Positions 1 to 9,027 of a stretch of DNA of 64,000 nt are shown here, piece after piece. Within the stretch, counting starts at the first letter, position 1, and each line of letters starts with the position of its first letter. The translations under genes were made by a program, and so were the position numbers. The notes beneath the pieces are model-generated. The model was not told where the DNA came from, made no database searches, and saw only the letters and a list, made by a program, of their open reading frames with translations. The stretch lies in the IMG/VR virus record IMGVR_UViG_3300021185_002167, positions 32,001 to 96,000 of that record; one strand, written 5' to 3'. This DNA is from a virus.

Positions 1-20
1 AACTATGGTATAATATATAC

Positions 21-2552
21 ATGCTACAATACTACACAAACGTTTCTCGATATGGGAATCAAATTCTCCTAAGAGGATATGACCACGGTCGAAGAATCGA
101 AAAGAAAATCAAATACGAACCAATTCTTTTTACATCAACTAATCTTAAGACTTCTTGGAAAGCTCTTGATGGTTCTCCTGTTGGTGTAGCAAATGCTGGT
201 AAAAGATTCGAGTCAATGCGTACTGCGAATGAATATGTTACAGCAAACAAAGGAGTATCAGGTAAAACAATCTATGGAAATACAAAGTATATTCCTGCGT
301 TTATCAATGACTACTACCCAGGCGATATAGAATTCAATCGTAACAAAATCAACGTAACCACCATCGATATCGAAGTACAATCTGATGATGGATTCCCTGA
401 ACCAGAAAAAGCAGATCACAAAGTAACTGCAATCTGTATGAAGAGTAATATTGGAGAAACATATTACGTTTGGGGACTTGGTGATTACGATTCAGATAAA
501 TCTTACATGAAAGACCACATGGTTGTATATCGTAAGTTTGATCGTGAAGATGATTTACTTATTAATTTTATTACGCACTGGTCATCTCAACAATATTGTC
601 CAGATGTCGTAACAGGTTGGAACAGTCGATTCTTCGATATTCCATACCTTGTCAATCGTATTAATCGTATGCTTGGCGAAAGCTATGTCAAAAGACTTAG
701 TCCTTGGGGATTAGTTGACAGACAAGAAATAACAAAGATGGGTAGAACACAAACTGCTTATGAGCTTAAAGGTATATCACAACTTGATTACTTAGACTTA
801 TTTAAGAAGTTTGGCTACTCTTATGGTCCACAAGAATCGTATAAACTCGATCATATTGCACATGTTGTTCTTGGAGAAAAGAAACTTTCATACGAAGAAT
901 ACTCTAATCTACATACTCTTTACAAATACAATCATCAAAAGTTTATTGATTACAATATCAAAGACGTTGAGCTTGTCGATCGTATCGAAGATAAACTTGG
1001 ATTGATTACTCTCTGTATGACAATGGCATATAAAGGTGGAGTCAATTACAATGATACCTTTGGTACTACTCTTATATGGGATACGATTATCTATCGTAAA
1101 CTCTTTCAAAACAACATTGTTGTACCATTCATCGAAGATAAAGTCAAATCAGATTATCCAGGTGGATTCGTAAAAGATCCGCATGTAGGAATACACGATA
1201 ATGTAGTATCATTCGATCTTAACTCGCTTTATCCTTCTATTATTATGCAATATAATATGTCGCCTGAAACAATTTCAAGTGGAGAGATTACTCAATTCGA
1301 TATTGAAAACGTACTTGCAAAAGGAGCAAGACCAGATAAACGTGGTAAAGCTCTTGCAGCAAATGGTCAATACTTTGAAACTAATCGACCAGGCATTGTT
1401 CCATTCATTATCGATGAGATGTATAAAGAACGTGTAGAAATCAAACAAGAAATGATTAATGCTCAAAAAGAATTACAAAAGGTCGATAAAGAAGATAAGC
1501 AAGAAATGTATCGTATAGAACGTAATATTGCAATTGCAGAAAACAGACAAATGTCGATTAAGATTCTTCTTAACTCTCTTTATGGCGCAATGGGTAATCG
1601 TTACTTTAGATTCTTTGACCAAAGAATTGCTGAAGCTATTACACTTACCGGACAGTTAACTATTCGTTGGGCTGAATACGCTCTTAACTCTTATCTTAAC
1701 AAAGCTTTAAAAAACACAACATGGAAAGACTATATTGTTGCAATCGATACTGATTCGCTTTATGTATCTCTTGACGATGTAGTAACAAAACTTAATCCTA
1801 AGAGTCCAATTGACTTTATGGATAAACTCAGTCAAGAAGCTCTTGAACCAGCTCTTGAATCTGCATACGCAGATCTTTATGACATGCTTGGTGGTGTAGA
1901 TAATCGTATGGTCATGAAACGTGAAGCAATCGCTGATCGTGCTCTTTGGACTGCAAAGAAACGTTATATAATGAATGTACATGACAACGAAGGAGTAAGA
2001 TACGCTGAACCAAAACTCAAAATCATGGGTATTGAAGCTATCAAATCTTCTACACCAGCTCCATGTCGTCAAGCGCTTAAAGATATCTTTCACGTTATCA
2101 TGAAAGAAGACGAAAAGTCAGTACAAGACGCGATTGAGCAATTTAAAAATCATTTCAAAACTCTTGACCCTGACCAAATCGCGTTTCCACGTGGAGTAAC
2201 TCAAGTCAAGAAGTGGCAGGATAGAAACAACCTCTATAAAAAAGGTACACCTATTCATGTTCGTGGTTCTATACTCTATAACAAGCTTGTAGAAGATATG
2301 TCACTTAAAAAGAAATACGAACAAATCAAAGCAGGCGAAAAGATTAAATTCTTGTATCTTCGTCAGCCTAATTCAATTCATGAAAATGTTATCTCATTCT
2401 CAGACTACTTACCAGAAGAGTTTGGCTTAAGAAAATATATCGATCATGAACTACAATTTCAAAAGACATTCCTAGATCCGATTCAACCGATCTTGGATGC
2501 TGTCGGTTGGACATCAGAAGAAGTAGCCAGCTTAGAGGACTTCTTTGGCTAA
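21..2552 (+). CDS. 43: Family B DNA polymerase (T4 gp43-like)
   Basis: Exonuclease motif DIEV; polymerase motifs SFDLNSLYPS, KILLNSLYG and IDTDS; C-terminal SLEDFFG tail. Confidence 0.98.
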   Translation: MLQYYTNVSRYGNQILLRGYDHGRRIEKKIKYEPILFTSTNLKTSWKALDGSPVGVANAGKRFESMRTANEYVTANKGVSGKTIYGNTKYIPAFINDYYPGDIEFNRNKINVTTIDIEVQSDDGFPEPEKADHKVTAICMKSNIGETYYVWGLGDYDSDKSYMKDHMVVYRKFDREDDLLINFITHWSSQQYCPDVVTGWNSRFFDIPYLVNRINRMLGESYVKRLSPWGLVDRQEITKMGRTQTAYELKGISQLDYLDLFKKFGYSYGPQESYKLDHIAHVVLGEKKLSYEEYSNLHTLYKYNHQKFIDYNIKDVELVDRIEDKLGLITLCMTMAYKGGVNYNDTFGTTLIWDTIIYRKLFQNNIVVPFIEDKVKSDYPGGFVKDPHVGIHDNVVSFDLNSLYPSIIMQYNMSPETISSGEITQFDIENVLAKGARPDKRGKALAANGQYFETNRPGIVPFIIDEMYKERVEIKQEMINAQKELQKVDKEDKQEMYRIERNIAIAENRQMSIKILLNSLYGAMGNRYFRFFDQRIAEAITLTGQLTIRWAEYALNSYLNKALKNTTWKDYIVAIDTDSLYVSLDDVVTKLNPKSPIDFMDKLSQEALEPALESAYADLYDMLGGVDNRMVMKREAIADRALWTAKKRYIMNVHDNEGVRYAEPKLKIMGIEAIKSSTPAPCRQALKDIFHVIMKEDEKSVQDAIEQFKNHFKTLDPDQIAFPRGVTQVKKWQDRNNLYKKGTPIHVRGSILYNKLVEDMSLKKKYEQIKAGEKIKFLYLRQPNSIHENVISFSDYLPEEFGLRKYIDHELQFQKTFLDPIQPILDAVGWTSEEVASLEDFFG

Positions 2553-2569
2553 AATAAATAAAATAAACC

Positions 2570-2598
2570 TTTACATTATACCTAAACTATGGTATAAT
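2570..2598 (+). promoter_or_regulatory. sigma70-like early/middle promoter
   Basis: TTTACA-17 nt-TATAAT with extended -10 TG. The same motif recurs 14 times, plus a truncated copy at 6-14. Confidence 0.85.
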
Positions 2599-2608
2599 AG
2601 ATATACAA

Positions 2609-2905
2609 ATGGAGAAAAATATGAAACTAATTAGACTATCCTCAGGAGAGGAAGTAGTTGGAACAGTCGTAGAAAATGGCGATTCAATTACTATTAAAGA
2701 TGGCTATTCACTTATACCTGCAGGCGAAGGCAAGATTGGCTTTATGCCTTTCATGGCTTACACTAAAGCAAGTGAAGGAATAGAAATCAAAAACGAATTC
2801 GTTATGTTTATTGTAGAACCTGTTGAGCAATTGCAAGAGCAGGTAAGAGCAATGTCAAGCGATATTATAACACCAACTAAACAAGGAATCATTACTAATG
2901 TCTAA
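2609..2905 (+). CDS. Small hypothetical protein, possibly Sm-like fold (start may be 2621)
   Basis: KLIRLSSGEEVVG N-terminus typical of small T4-like beta-barrel proteins; GGAG precedes ATG 2621. Confidence 0.6.
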   Translation: MEKNMKLIRLSSGEEVVGTVVENGDSITIKDGYSLIPAGEGKIGFMPFMAYTKASEGIEIKNEFVMFIVEPVEQLQEQVRAMSSDIITPTKQGIITNV

Positions 2906-3311
2906 GAACTGGGTAAAAGATATAGAAGACATGCATTATAAGTATGGCGTAAAAAACTGGATGCATGAAAATCGTGACAATCCTGAAAAGCTACGTAGTT
3001 ACTTAGAATTCAGAATCAAATTTGTAAGAGAAGAACTTATGGAAACTGAAGCTGCACTTACACACAACGACTCAGAAGAAATCGTTGATGGTCTTATTGA
3101 CTTATGTGTTGTAGCAATTGGAACACTTGATGCATTTGGTATCGACGCTCATAAAGCATGGGATGAAGTACTTAAGGCAAATCTATCTAAAGAAGTTGGT
3201 GTAAAAGAGTCAAGGCCTAATCCACTTGGATTACCAGACTTAATTAAACCAGAAGGTTGGGAGGCTCCTTCTCACGAAGGAAATCATGGTAAGCTTAACG
3301 ATATTCGATAA
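2898..3311 (+). CDS. MazG-like all-alpha dNTP pyrophosphatase
   Basis: EELME...EIVDGLIDL acidic motif, followed by AWDEVLKANLSK and KPEGW. Confidence 0.8.
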   Translation: MSKNWVKDIEDMHYKYGVKNWMHENRDNPEKLRSYLEFRIKFVREELMETEAALTHNDSEEIVDGLIDLCVVAIGTLDAFGIDAHKAWDEVLKANLSKEVGVKESRPNPLGLPDLIKPEGWEAPSHEGNHGKLNDIR

Positions 3312-4203
3312 TATATACGATAACAAAACTAATAAGCGTATGGACTATACAAGTTTCGACGAGTTCGAAACTATTCTCTATAAGCTATCTGAGTCTACTA
3401 AGTATCCAACAAAGAAAGATGCTCCTCTTTTGAGTCCAGCAATCTATCAACCAAATACCACTCGAGCCAATGACAATGTTACTGGTTGGGGTGGCTTTGG
3501 TATTCTTGATATCGATGACTATGAAGGCGATATGAAAGATATTGAATCTAAGTATGATAAGTATCGTTATGTATGTTATTCAACAGCTTCATCTACAATC
3601 GAAAATCCAAAGTTTCGATTAGTCTTTCCATTAACTACAAGCGTTGATAAAGAAGACATTAAGCATTTTTGGTATGCTTTAAACAAAGAGATTGGCGATA
3701 TCGCTGATGCTCAAACCAAAGACTTAAGCAGAATGTATTATGTACCTGCTAAATATAGAAATAGTTTTAACTTTATATTTTCTCATGACGGTGATACTAT
3801 GAATCCACATGACTTAATGAAGAAGTATCCATACGTTAAACCTAATCAAACAATGTTCGATCGTTTTCCTGAAGCAATACAAAAAGCTTTACTTGAAAGA
3901 AAACGAAGTGAATTAAACAATACAAATTACACATGGACATCATATCAAGATTGTCCTTTCGTTAATAAGAAACAAGTTGATGAATATAAAACTATAACCG
4001 GAACTGGTTGGTACTCAAAGATGTATCAAATCATGTTAACAACTGCTGGCAATGCTATGAGTAAAGGTTATCCTATTACACCAAAAGAAATCGAATATAT
4101 CTGCAGAGATTTAGATGCAGATACTGGTGGATGGTATGGTAAAAGAGGTTTAGAAAAAGAAGCAGCACGAGCGATTGAATTTGTGTTTAAAAATAACATA
4201 TAG
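3286..4203 (+). CDS. Putative AEP-superfamily primase/primase-polymerase
   Basis: LDIDD motif, YSTASS..NPKFRLVFPL and DLSRMYYVP, then a helical C-terminal domain. Confidence 0.65.
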   Translation: MVSLTIFDNIYDNKTNKRMDYTSFDEFETILYKLSESTKYPTKKDAPLLSPAIYQPNTTRANDNVTGWGGFGILDIDDYEGDMKDIESKYDKYRYVCYSTASSTIENPKFRLVFPLTTSVDKEDIKHFWYALNKEIGDIADAQTKDLSRMYYVPAKYRNSFNFIFSHDGDTMNPHDLMKKYPYVKPNQTMFDRFPEAIQKALLERKRSELNNTNYTWTSYQDCPFVNKKQVDEYKTITGTGWYSKMYQIMLTTAGNAMSKGYPITPKEIEYICRDLDADTGGWYGKRGLEKEAARAIEFVFKNNI

Positions 4204-4211
4204 GAGAATAT

Positions 4212-4283
4212 ATGGAACTTACATTATTAATAACAGGAATGGTTGTAGCTACAATTATTATAACATGGGCATCGATAAAATGA
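4212..4283 (+). CDS. 23-aa single-TM peptide (not in ORF track)
   Basis: AGGAG SD; MELTLLITGMVVATIIITWASIK; stop overlaps the next ATG (ATGA). Confidence 0.55.
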   Translation: MELTLLITGMVVATIIITWASIK

Positions 4284-4801
4284 ATAGAAAGACACATCCA
4301 TTTAAAGCGTTTTTACAAGGAATGGCATTTGGAGCATTGCTTATGTTTATACTGTTACTACCAGGTAAATTAAAAGCAAGTGATGCTAACAATGATATTT
4401 ATTGTATGGCTCAAAACATATACTTTGAATCTGGTAATCAACCTCTTGCTGGTAAAGTTGCAGTAGGACATGTAGTACTTAATAGATTAAAACACATGAA
4501 TTATCCAGGTTCAGTTTGTGGAGTTGTATACCAAGCAAAACTAAAACAAAATTGGAAAGGTAATATGGTGCCAATACTGCATCAATGCCAATTCAGTTGG
4601 TACTGTGATGGAAAATCTGACAACCCAGTAGATAGTCCAACATGGTTAAAATCTCTGCATATTGCAAGAGATGTAATACAAGGAGCTTATCCGGATATTA
4701 CAGAGGGGTCAACACATTATCATAACGATAGTGTTTATCCTTATTGGGCTGAATCGTTAAATGAAACAGTCAATATTAATAATCACATATTTTACAAATA
4801 G
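4280..4801 (+). CDS. SleB-like cell wall hydrolase (Hydrolase_2)
   Basis: N-terminal hydrophobic segment; CMAQNIYFES, AVGHVVLNR, CQFSWYCDG, GSTHYH and HIFY. Start taken at ATG 4280. Confidence 0.9.
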   Translation: MNRKTHPFKAFLQGMAFGALLMFILLLPGKLKASDANNDIYCMAQNIYFESGNQPLAGKVAVGHVVLNRLKHMNYPGSVCGVVYQAKLKQNWKGNMVPILHQCQFSWYCDGKSDNPVDSPTWLKSLHIARDVIQGAYPDITEGSTHYHNDSVYPYWAESLNETVNINNHIFYK

Positions 4802-4810
4802 GAGATAAAC

Positions 4811-5074
4811 ATGAAAATGTTAGGAAACAACGTACTTATTACTGAAGTACAAGAAGAAAATCAATCATCAGGAGGAATCATACTTACTGAATCAATCGAT
4901 AATGCAAGTAAACCGGGACTAGTTCTATCGGTTTCTTTAGGAGCTGTAGGTCCACTTAGGTCAGGACAAAGAGTATTCTTAGATTGGTCAAAAGCAATGG
5001 CAGTAAATGTTGATGGAAAAGCAGCTGTTATTATTGACGCAGAACATGTCAAAGCAGTTATATCAGAAGAATAA
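4811..5074 (+). CDS. GroES-like co-chaperonin
   Basis: LGNNVLI...SSGGIIL mobile loop; 87 aa. Confidence 0.85.
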   Translation: MKMLGNNVLITEVQEENQSSGGIILTESIDNASKPGLVLSVSLGAVGPLRSGQRVFLDWSKAMAVNVDGKAAVIIDAEHVKAVISEE

Positions 5075-5076
5075 TT

Positions 5077-5490
5077 ATGGATACGAAAAAAGAAAAGATG
5101 GGTGACATAGGCGAAAAGCTTGTGTTTGAGTATTACAATGGTACACAAAGTACGTATAAGTATGATAGTGAAAAGGATGGAATGATTGGTGAAGAAACTG
5201 CAGAAGTTAAGACACAAAATAGACATCCCTTTGGTTATTTTACAGTTAACACTGCTTGGAAAAATCAAGCTAAGAAATGTAAATCAGTTGACCGTCTTTT
5301 CTTTGTTGAGTATGATAGTTCTCCTGACGCAGTATTATGGGAATGTACTGATAGAGAAGATACAAAAATCATAACAACTAAAAACGGCAGAGTCATGGAA
5401 GGCTGGCCAATAAGTAAAATGAAACTTATAACTACTTTTAAAGGTAAAGGTGATGAGTTACGTAAACACACAAGTAGCAAAATATTTTAA
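5077..5490 (+). CDS. Putative PD-(D/E)XK nuclease-fold protein
   Basis: GDIGE...KDG...AEVKT motif pattern. Confidence 0.5.
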   Translation: MDTKKEKMGDIGEKLVFEYYNGTQSTYKYDSEKDGMIGEETAEVKTQNRHPFGYFTVNTAWKNQAKKCKSVDRLFFVEYDSSPDAVLWECTDREDTKIITTKNGRVMEGWPISKMKLITTFKGKGDELRKHTSSKIF

Positions 5491-5498
5491 AATAAACG

Positions 5499-5527
5499 TT
5501 TACATTTATGCCAAAGTATGGTATAAT
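5499..5527 (+). promoter_or_regulatory. sigma70-like promoter heading the modification cluster
   Basis: TTTACA-17-TATAAT with TG. Confidence 0.85.
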
Positions 5528-5556
5528 AGATATATAAAATTAATTATGGAGACATT

Positions 5557-5886
5557 ATGAAAGAAAGCTTAAAAGTACTGCAAGAATGCGCAGAACTACA
5601 ATCAAAAAAATCACAGGACTATCAAAGTTCAGAATCAACAGTAGTACAAGCAATGCACTATAGACGTGGCGTTGATACAATACACGATATTATTCTTGGT
5701 AAAGTCATGAGAGCAACTTCATTACTCGAATCGCAAGATGAACCAAACTTCGAAAGTATCGAAGATACATACAAAGATATGATTAACTATTGTTCTTTTG
5801 CAGTTGCTTATTCACGTGGTAAAATGGAAGGCCAAGACCCAAACAGAGATATGTTCAATAACAGGATTCAAAATGCAAACGACTAA
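5557..5886 (+). CDS. Nucleotide-modification-associated domain protein (DUF1599/Nmad1-like)
   Basis: ELQSKKSQDY...KVMRA...ESIEDTYKDMINYCSF pattern; located next to a TS-family gene. Confidence 0.7.
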   Translation: MKESLKVLQECAELQSKKSQDYQSSESTVVQAMHYRRGVDTIHDIILGKVMRATSLLESQDEPNFESIEDTYKDMINYCSFAVAYSRGKMEGQDPNRDMFNNRIQNAND

Positions 5887-6553
5887 AGATATAGCAGAGA
5901 TATTTACTAATGCTCTTGAAAGCAAACAGTTTACTAAAGATAAAACTGGTTGTAGAACAATTGAAATACTCGGTGCTTCTTTTCTTGCTGATAAGCCGTC
6001 AATATTTGGCGCTGTACAACAAAACTATGTTGATGCAGAAATTGAATGGTATGAATCTCGTTCTACTAACATTAACAAACTTGCCGAAATCTATGGAGTT
6101 CCAAAAGCTCCACTAGCTTGGATATATTCAGCTAATGACTATGGCGAAATCAATTCTAATTATGGTAAGCTTATCTTCGGTAAGAAATACTTTAAACAAT
6201 ATAAAAGAGTTCTTCAAGAATTATCTGAAGTAAACCCTGATTCACGTAGAGCGTCTATGATATATCAAAGACCAAGTATTTGGCATGAGTTTGACGAAGA
6301 TGGTAAGAATGATTTTATCTGTACAAATGCAGTAACATATTACATTCGTGATAAAAAACTACATTGCGTAGTTCAAATGCGTAGTAATGACGTTGTGTTT
6401 GGTTATAAGAATGATTATGCTTGGCAGCATTATGTTCTTAACAAATTAAGAAATGACTTGTATTACGATGGATATAAACTTGATGAAGGTGATATCATTT
6501 GGCAAGTACAAAACTTACATGTATACGAGAGACATTTTGACCTTATCAAATAA
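5873..6553 (+). CDS. 42: dCMP hydroxymethylase (T4 gp42-like, thymidylate synthase family)
   Basis: DSRRA, DFICTN (catalytic Cys), MRSNDVVFGYKNDYAWQ with the Asp of dCMP-specific enzymes, and LHVYERHF. Start taken at ATG 5873. Confidence 0.85.
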   Translation: MQTTKDIAEIFTNALESKQFTKDKTGCRTIEILGASFLADKPSIFGAVQQNYVDAEIEWYESRSTNINKLAEIYGVPKAPLAWIYSANDYGEINSNYGKLIFGKKYFKQYKRVLQELSEVNPDSRRASMIYQRPSIWHEFDEDGKNDFICTNAVTYYIRDKKLHCVVQMRSNDVVFGYKNDYAWQHYVLNKLRNDLYYDGYKLDEGDIIWQVQNLHVYERHFDLIK

Positions 6554-6983
6554 ATGGGATATACGATATCTCGATCTTGCAAAAGAAATTGCGTCATGGT
6601 CTAAAGACCCAAGCAAACAAATTGGTGCTGTCGCAATCGGTGAAAAAGGTCAAGTACTCGCTCAAGGATATAATGGATTCCCAAGAGGTATCGATGATTC
6701 AGAAGAAAAATACTTAGATAAAGAAACTAAGTATAAGTATGTAGTTCATGCAGAAATGAATTGTATATACAATGCAACATATAATGGAGTCTCACTACAA
6801 GGAGCGACTCTATATATTTCTGGACTTCCAACATGTAGTGAATGTGCAAAAGGATTAATTCAAGTAGGTGTCAAAAGAGTTGTATATCAAGCAGACGATA
6901 TACCAAACATTTGGGCAGAAAGTAATGAAAGAACTATTGATATGTTCAGTGAAGCGGATATAAGTTATGAGCGAATACAGTAA
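6453..6983 (+). CDS. cd: dCMP deaminase (true start probably near 6537)
   Basis: WSKDPSKQIGAV, GYNGFPRG, HAEMN and PTCSECAK zinc motifs. Confidence 0.93.
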   Translation: MTCITMDINLMKVISFGKYKTYMYTRDILTLSNKWDIRYLDLAKEIASWSKDPSKQIGAVAIGEKGQVLAQGYNGFPRGIDDSEEKYLDKETKYKYVVHAEMNCIYNATYNGVSLQGATLYISGLPTCSECAKGLIQVGVKRVVYQADDIPNIWAESNERTIDMFSEADISYERIQ

Positions 6984-7266
6984 AGAAGAACTAGAAAATT
7001 CAACCCGTATATTTAAGAGTGCAACTCCTAAGTATACAATTGATTGGTATATTAAATGGATAGCATCAGCTATTCTTTTAGTTGCTATGGCAAGCAGGTC
7101 TAATCCTGAACTTGCTCTCTATGACCAAACGTTTTCCTTAGTTGGAACATTCGGTTGGTTAATAGTAGCTCTCATCTGGAAAGATAGAGCATTGATAATT
7201 TTAAACACGGCAGCAGTCATTATCCTCGGAAGTGGTCTGATAAGTGTTATAACTAATAGTATATAG
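6967..7266 (+). CDS. Three-TM small membrane protein
   Basis: Three hydrophobic helices; WKDRALIILN. Confidence 0.65.
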   Translation: MSEYSKEELENSTRIFKSATPKYTIDWYIKWIASAILLVAMASRSNPELALYDQTFSLVGTFGWLIVALIWKDRALIILNTAAVIILGSGLISVITNSI

Positions 7267-7328
7267 TGAGCTACTCTGGTAAGCCAGTCAAATTTCTCAC
7301 TCAAATAAACTGATATAAGGAGAAAAAT

Positions 7329-8627
7329 ATGTCATCAAAAATAAAAGCCGGTATCATAGGTGTCGGTTCATGCGCGAAATCTCTCGTAGAGGGAATTCAA
7401 TATTATAACGAAAATCCAGAAGACAAAATAGGTCTAATGTATGAAGATATCGGAGGATATTCAGTACACGACATCGAGTTTGTAGTTGGATTTGATATCG
7501 ACAAAAGGAAAGTAAACAAGAAATTGGCAAAGGCTTTAAGAGCTCAACCAAATTGTGCTATGGACCATGTCGATAAAATCAGTACGGATAGTAACACATC
7601 ATGTGTAACAAAAGATGCAATGGTTTATTCTGCTCCAGAAATGGACGGGATTGCGCCACATATGCATGACTATCCTGATGAAGTAACATTTGTAAATGGT
7701 GCTGTACCAGCTGAATCATTCGAAAGAACGGTTGAGTTATTACAATATCATAATGTAGATGTACTCATTAATTATTTACCAGTAGGTTCAGAAGAAGCTT
7801 CAAGGTATTGGATTGATGTTGCACTTGCAGCTGGTGTTCACTTCGTAAACTGTATTCCTACGTTGATTTCAACAGAAGATGCAACTGAGACTGAGCAAAG
7901 ATTTATCGATGCTGGGTTATCATTCATCGGTTCTGATATGAGATCTGCTTGGGGAGCATCAAGAATGTCTGAAGTTCTGCAAGGAGCTATGCTAGATTCT
8001 GGCTTAATGATTACTCAACATATTCAAATGAATATGGCAGCTGGTTCTACACAAGGACAAGAACATATAAGAACAGGAAGAACAGCAAATACTGACTTCT
8101 TGAATATGGCAAAACAATACAGATTAAAGAACAAACATATCTCAAAAGAGAATGTATTAAAAGGACAAAACATTGTAAGAGATGAATCTACTTCAGGTAT
8201 GACTCTCTTTGCTGGTCCTTCTTTAACTGTACAACAAAAACCAGGTGGAGATTATGTTTCATCTGATAACAAAATAGCTAACTTCGATATGGTAGCTTAT
8301 GGATTTGCAGGAGCAAGATATGAAATGTCAGCAAGACTTTCAGTTCAAGATTCGCCTAACTCAGGTGGAGTCGTTGTTTCAGCAATTAGATTCTGTAAGG
8401 TTGCTTCAGAGATGGGTATTGTTGGTTACTTAAGAGGACCTTCTGCGTGGACTCAAAAGACACCTCCAGTTCAACTTAAAACTGAAGATGCTAAATTCGA
8501 ATGTGATGCTTTAGCGAGAAGAGTCGTAACAGATATGACAAGACCTCAGCTTAAAGATAATAGACCTAAAGCAAAAGACTTGCTTTTTACATTTCAAGAT
8601 TCGGTAAATGACTATGAAAGTAAATAG
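7329..8627 (+). CDS. ino1: Myo-inositol-1-phosphate synthase homolog (divergent active site)
   Basis: GIIGVGSCAKSLVEG Rossmann motif, YLPVGSEEA, FVNCIP, TDFLNM, DSPNSGGV and QKTPP. Confidence 0.88.
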   Translation: MSSKIKAGIIGVGSCAKSLVEGIQYYNENPEDKIGLMYEDIGGYSVHDIEFVVGFDIDKRKVNKKLAKALRAQPNCAMDHVDKISTDSNTSCVTKDAMVYSAPEMDGIAPHMHDYPDEVTFVNGAVPAESFERTVELLQYHNVDVLINYLPVGSEEASRYWIDVALAAGVHFVNCIPTLISTEDATETEQRFIDAGLSFIGSDMRSAWGASRMSEVLQGAMLDSGLMITQHIQMNMAAGSTQGQEHIRTGRTANTDFLNMAKQYRLKNKHISKENVLKGQNIVRDESTSGMTLFAGPSLTVQQKPGGDYVSSDNKIANFDMVAYGFAGARYEMSARLSVQDSPNSGGVVVSAIRFCKVASEMGIVGYLRGPSAWTQKTPPVQLKTEDAKFECDALARRVVTDMTRPQLKDNRPKAKDLLFTFQDSVNDYESK

Positions 8628-9027
8628 TTTCGATATTGACGGTGTAATCTATTTCGGCGATGATGCCACTGGCGTGAGACCCTGTACTGGTGATGTAATC
8701 ATTACAGGGCGGCCATTCCATGATAGAGAAGCTACTATTAAAATGCTAGAATCAAGAGGGATATATAATACAGTGTATATGAATCCACTTGAAAGAGTAC
8801 AGCCAAATGTTAAAATCACAAATGGAATTAAAAATAATCCACTCTATGGTAGAAAAGCTTCAGGTATATTCAAAGGTCAAATGATTAACATGCTAAAAGA
8901 CCTTGGAGTAGAGATTCAAATGCATTTTGAAGATGACCCTATACAAATTAAAGAGATTCAAAAGAGATGTCCTAACGTTTCTATTGTACACTTAAAAAGA
9001 GATAATGAGGAACGTGTCAAGTATTAA
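8608..9027 (+). CDS. HAD-superfamily phosphatase
   Basis: FDIDGV (motif I), ITGR (II), K (III) and FEDD (IV). Confidence 0.8.
   Translation: MTMKVNSFDIDGVIYFGDDATGVRPCTGDVIITGRPFHDREATIKMLESRGIYNTVYMNPLERVQPNVKITNGIKNNPLYGRKASGIFKGQMINMLKDLGVEIQMHFEDDPIQIKEIQKRCPNVSIVHLKRDNEERVKY

Noticed and set aside
5798-6553. Calling this gene thymidylate synthase or dUMP hydroxymethylase
   Set aside because: The specificity position is Asp (KNDYAW), as in T4 gp42, rather than the Asn of dUMP enzymes. The adjacent deaminase leaves an hmdU route possible but unproven.
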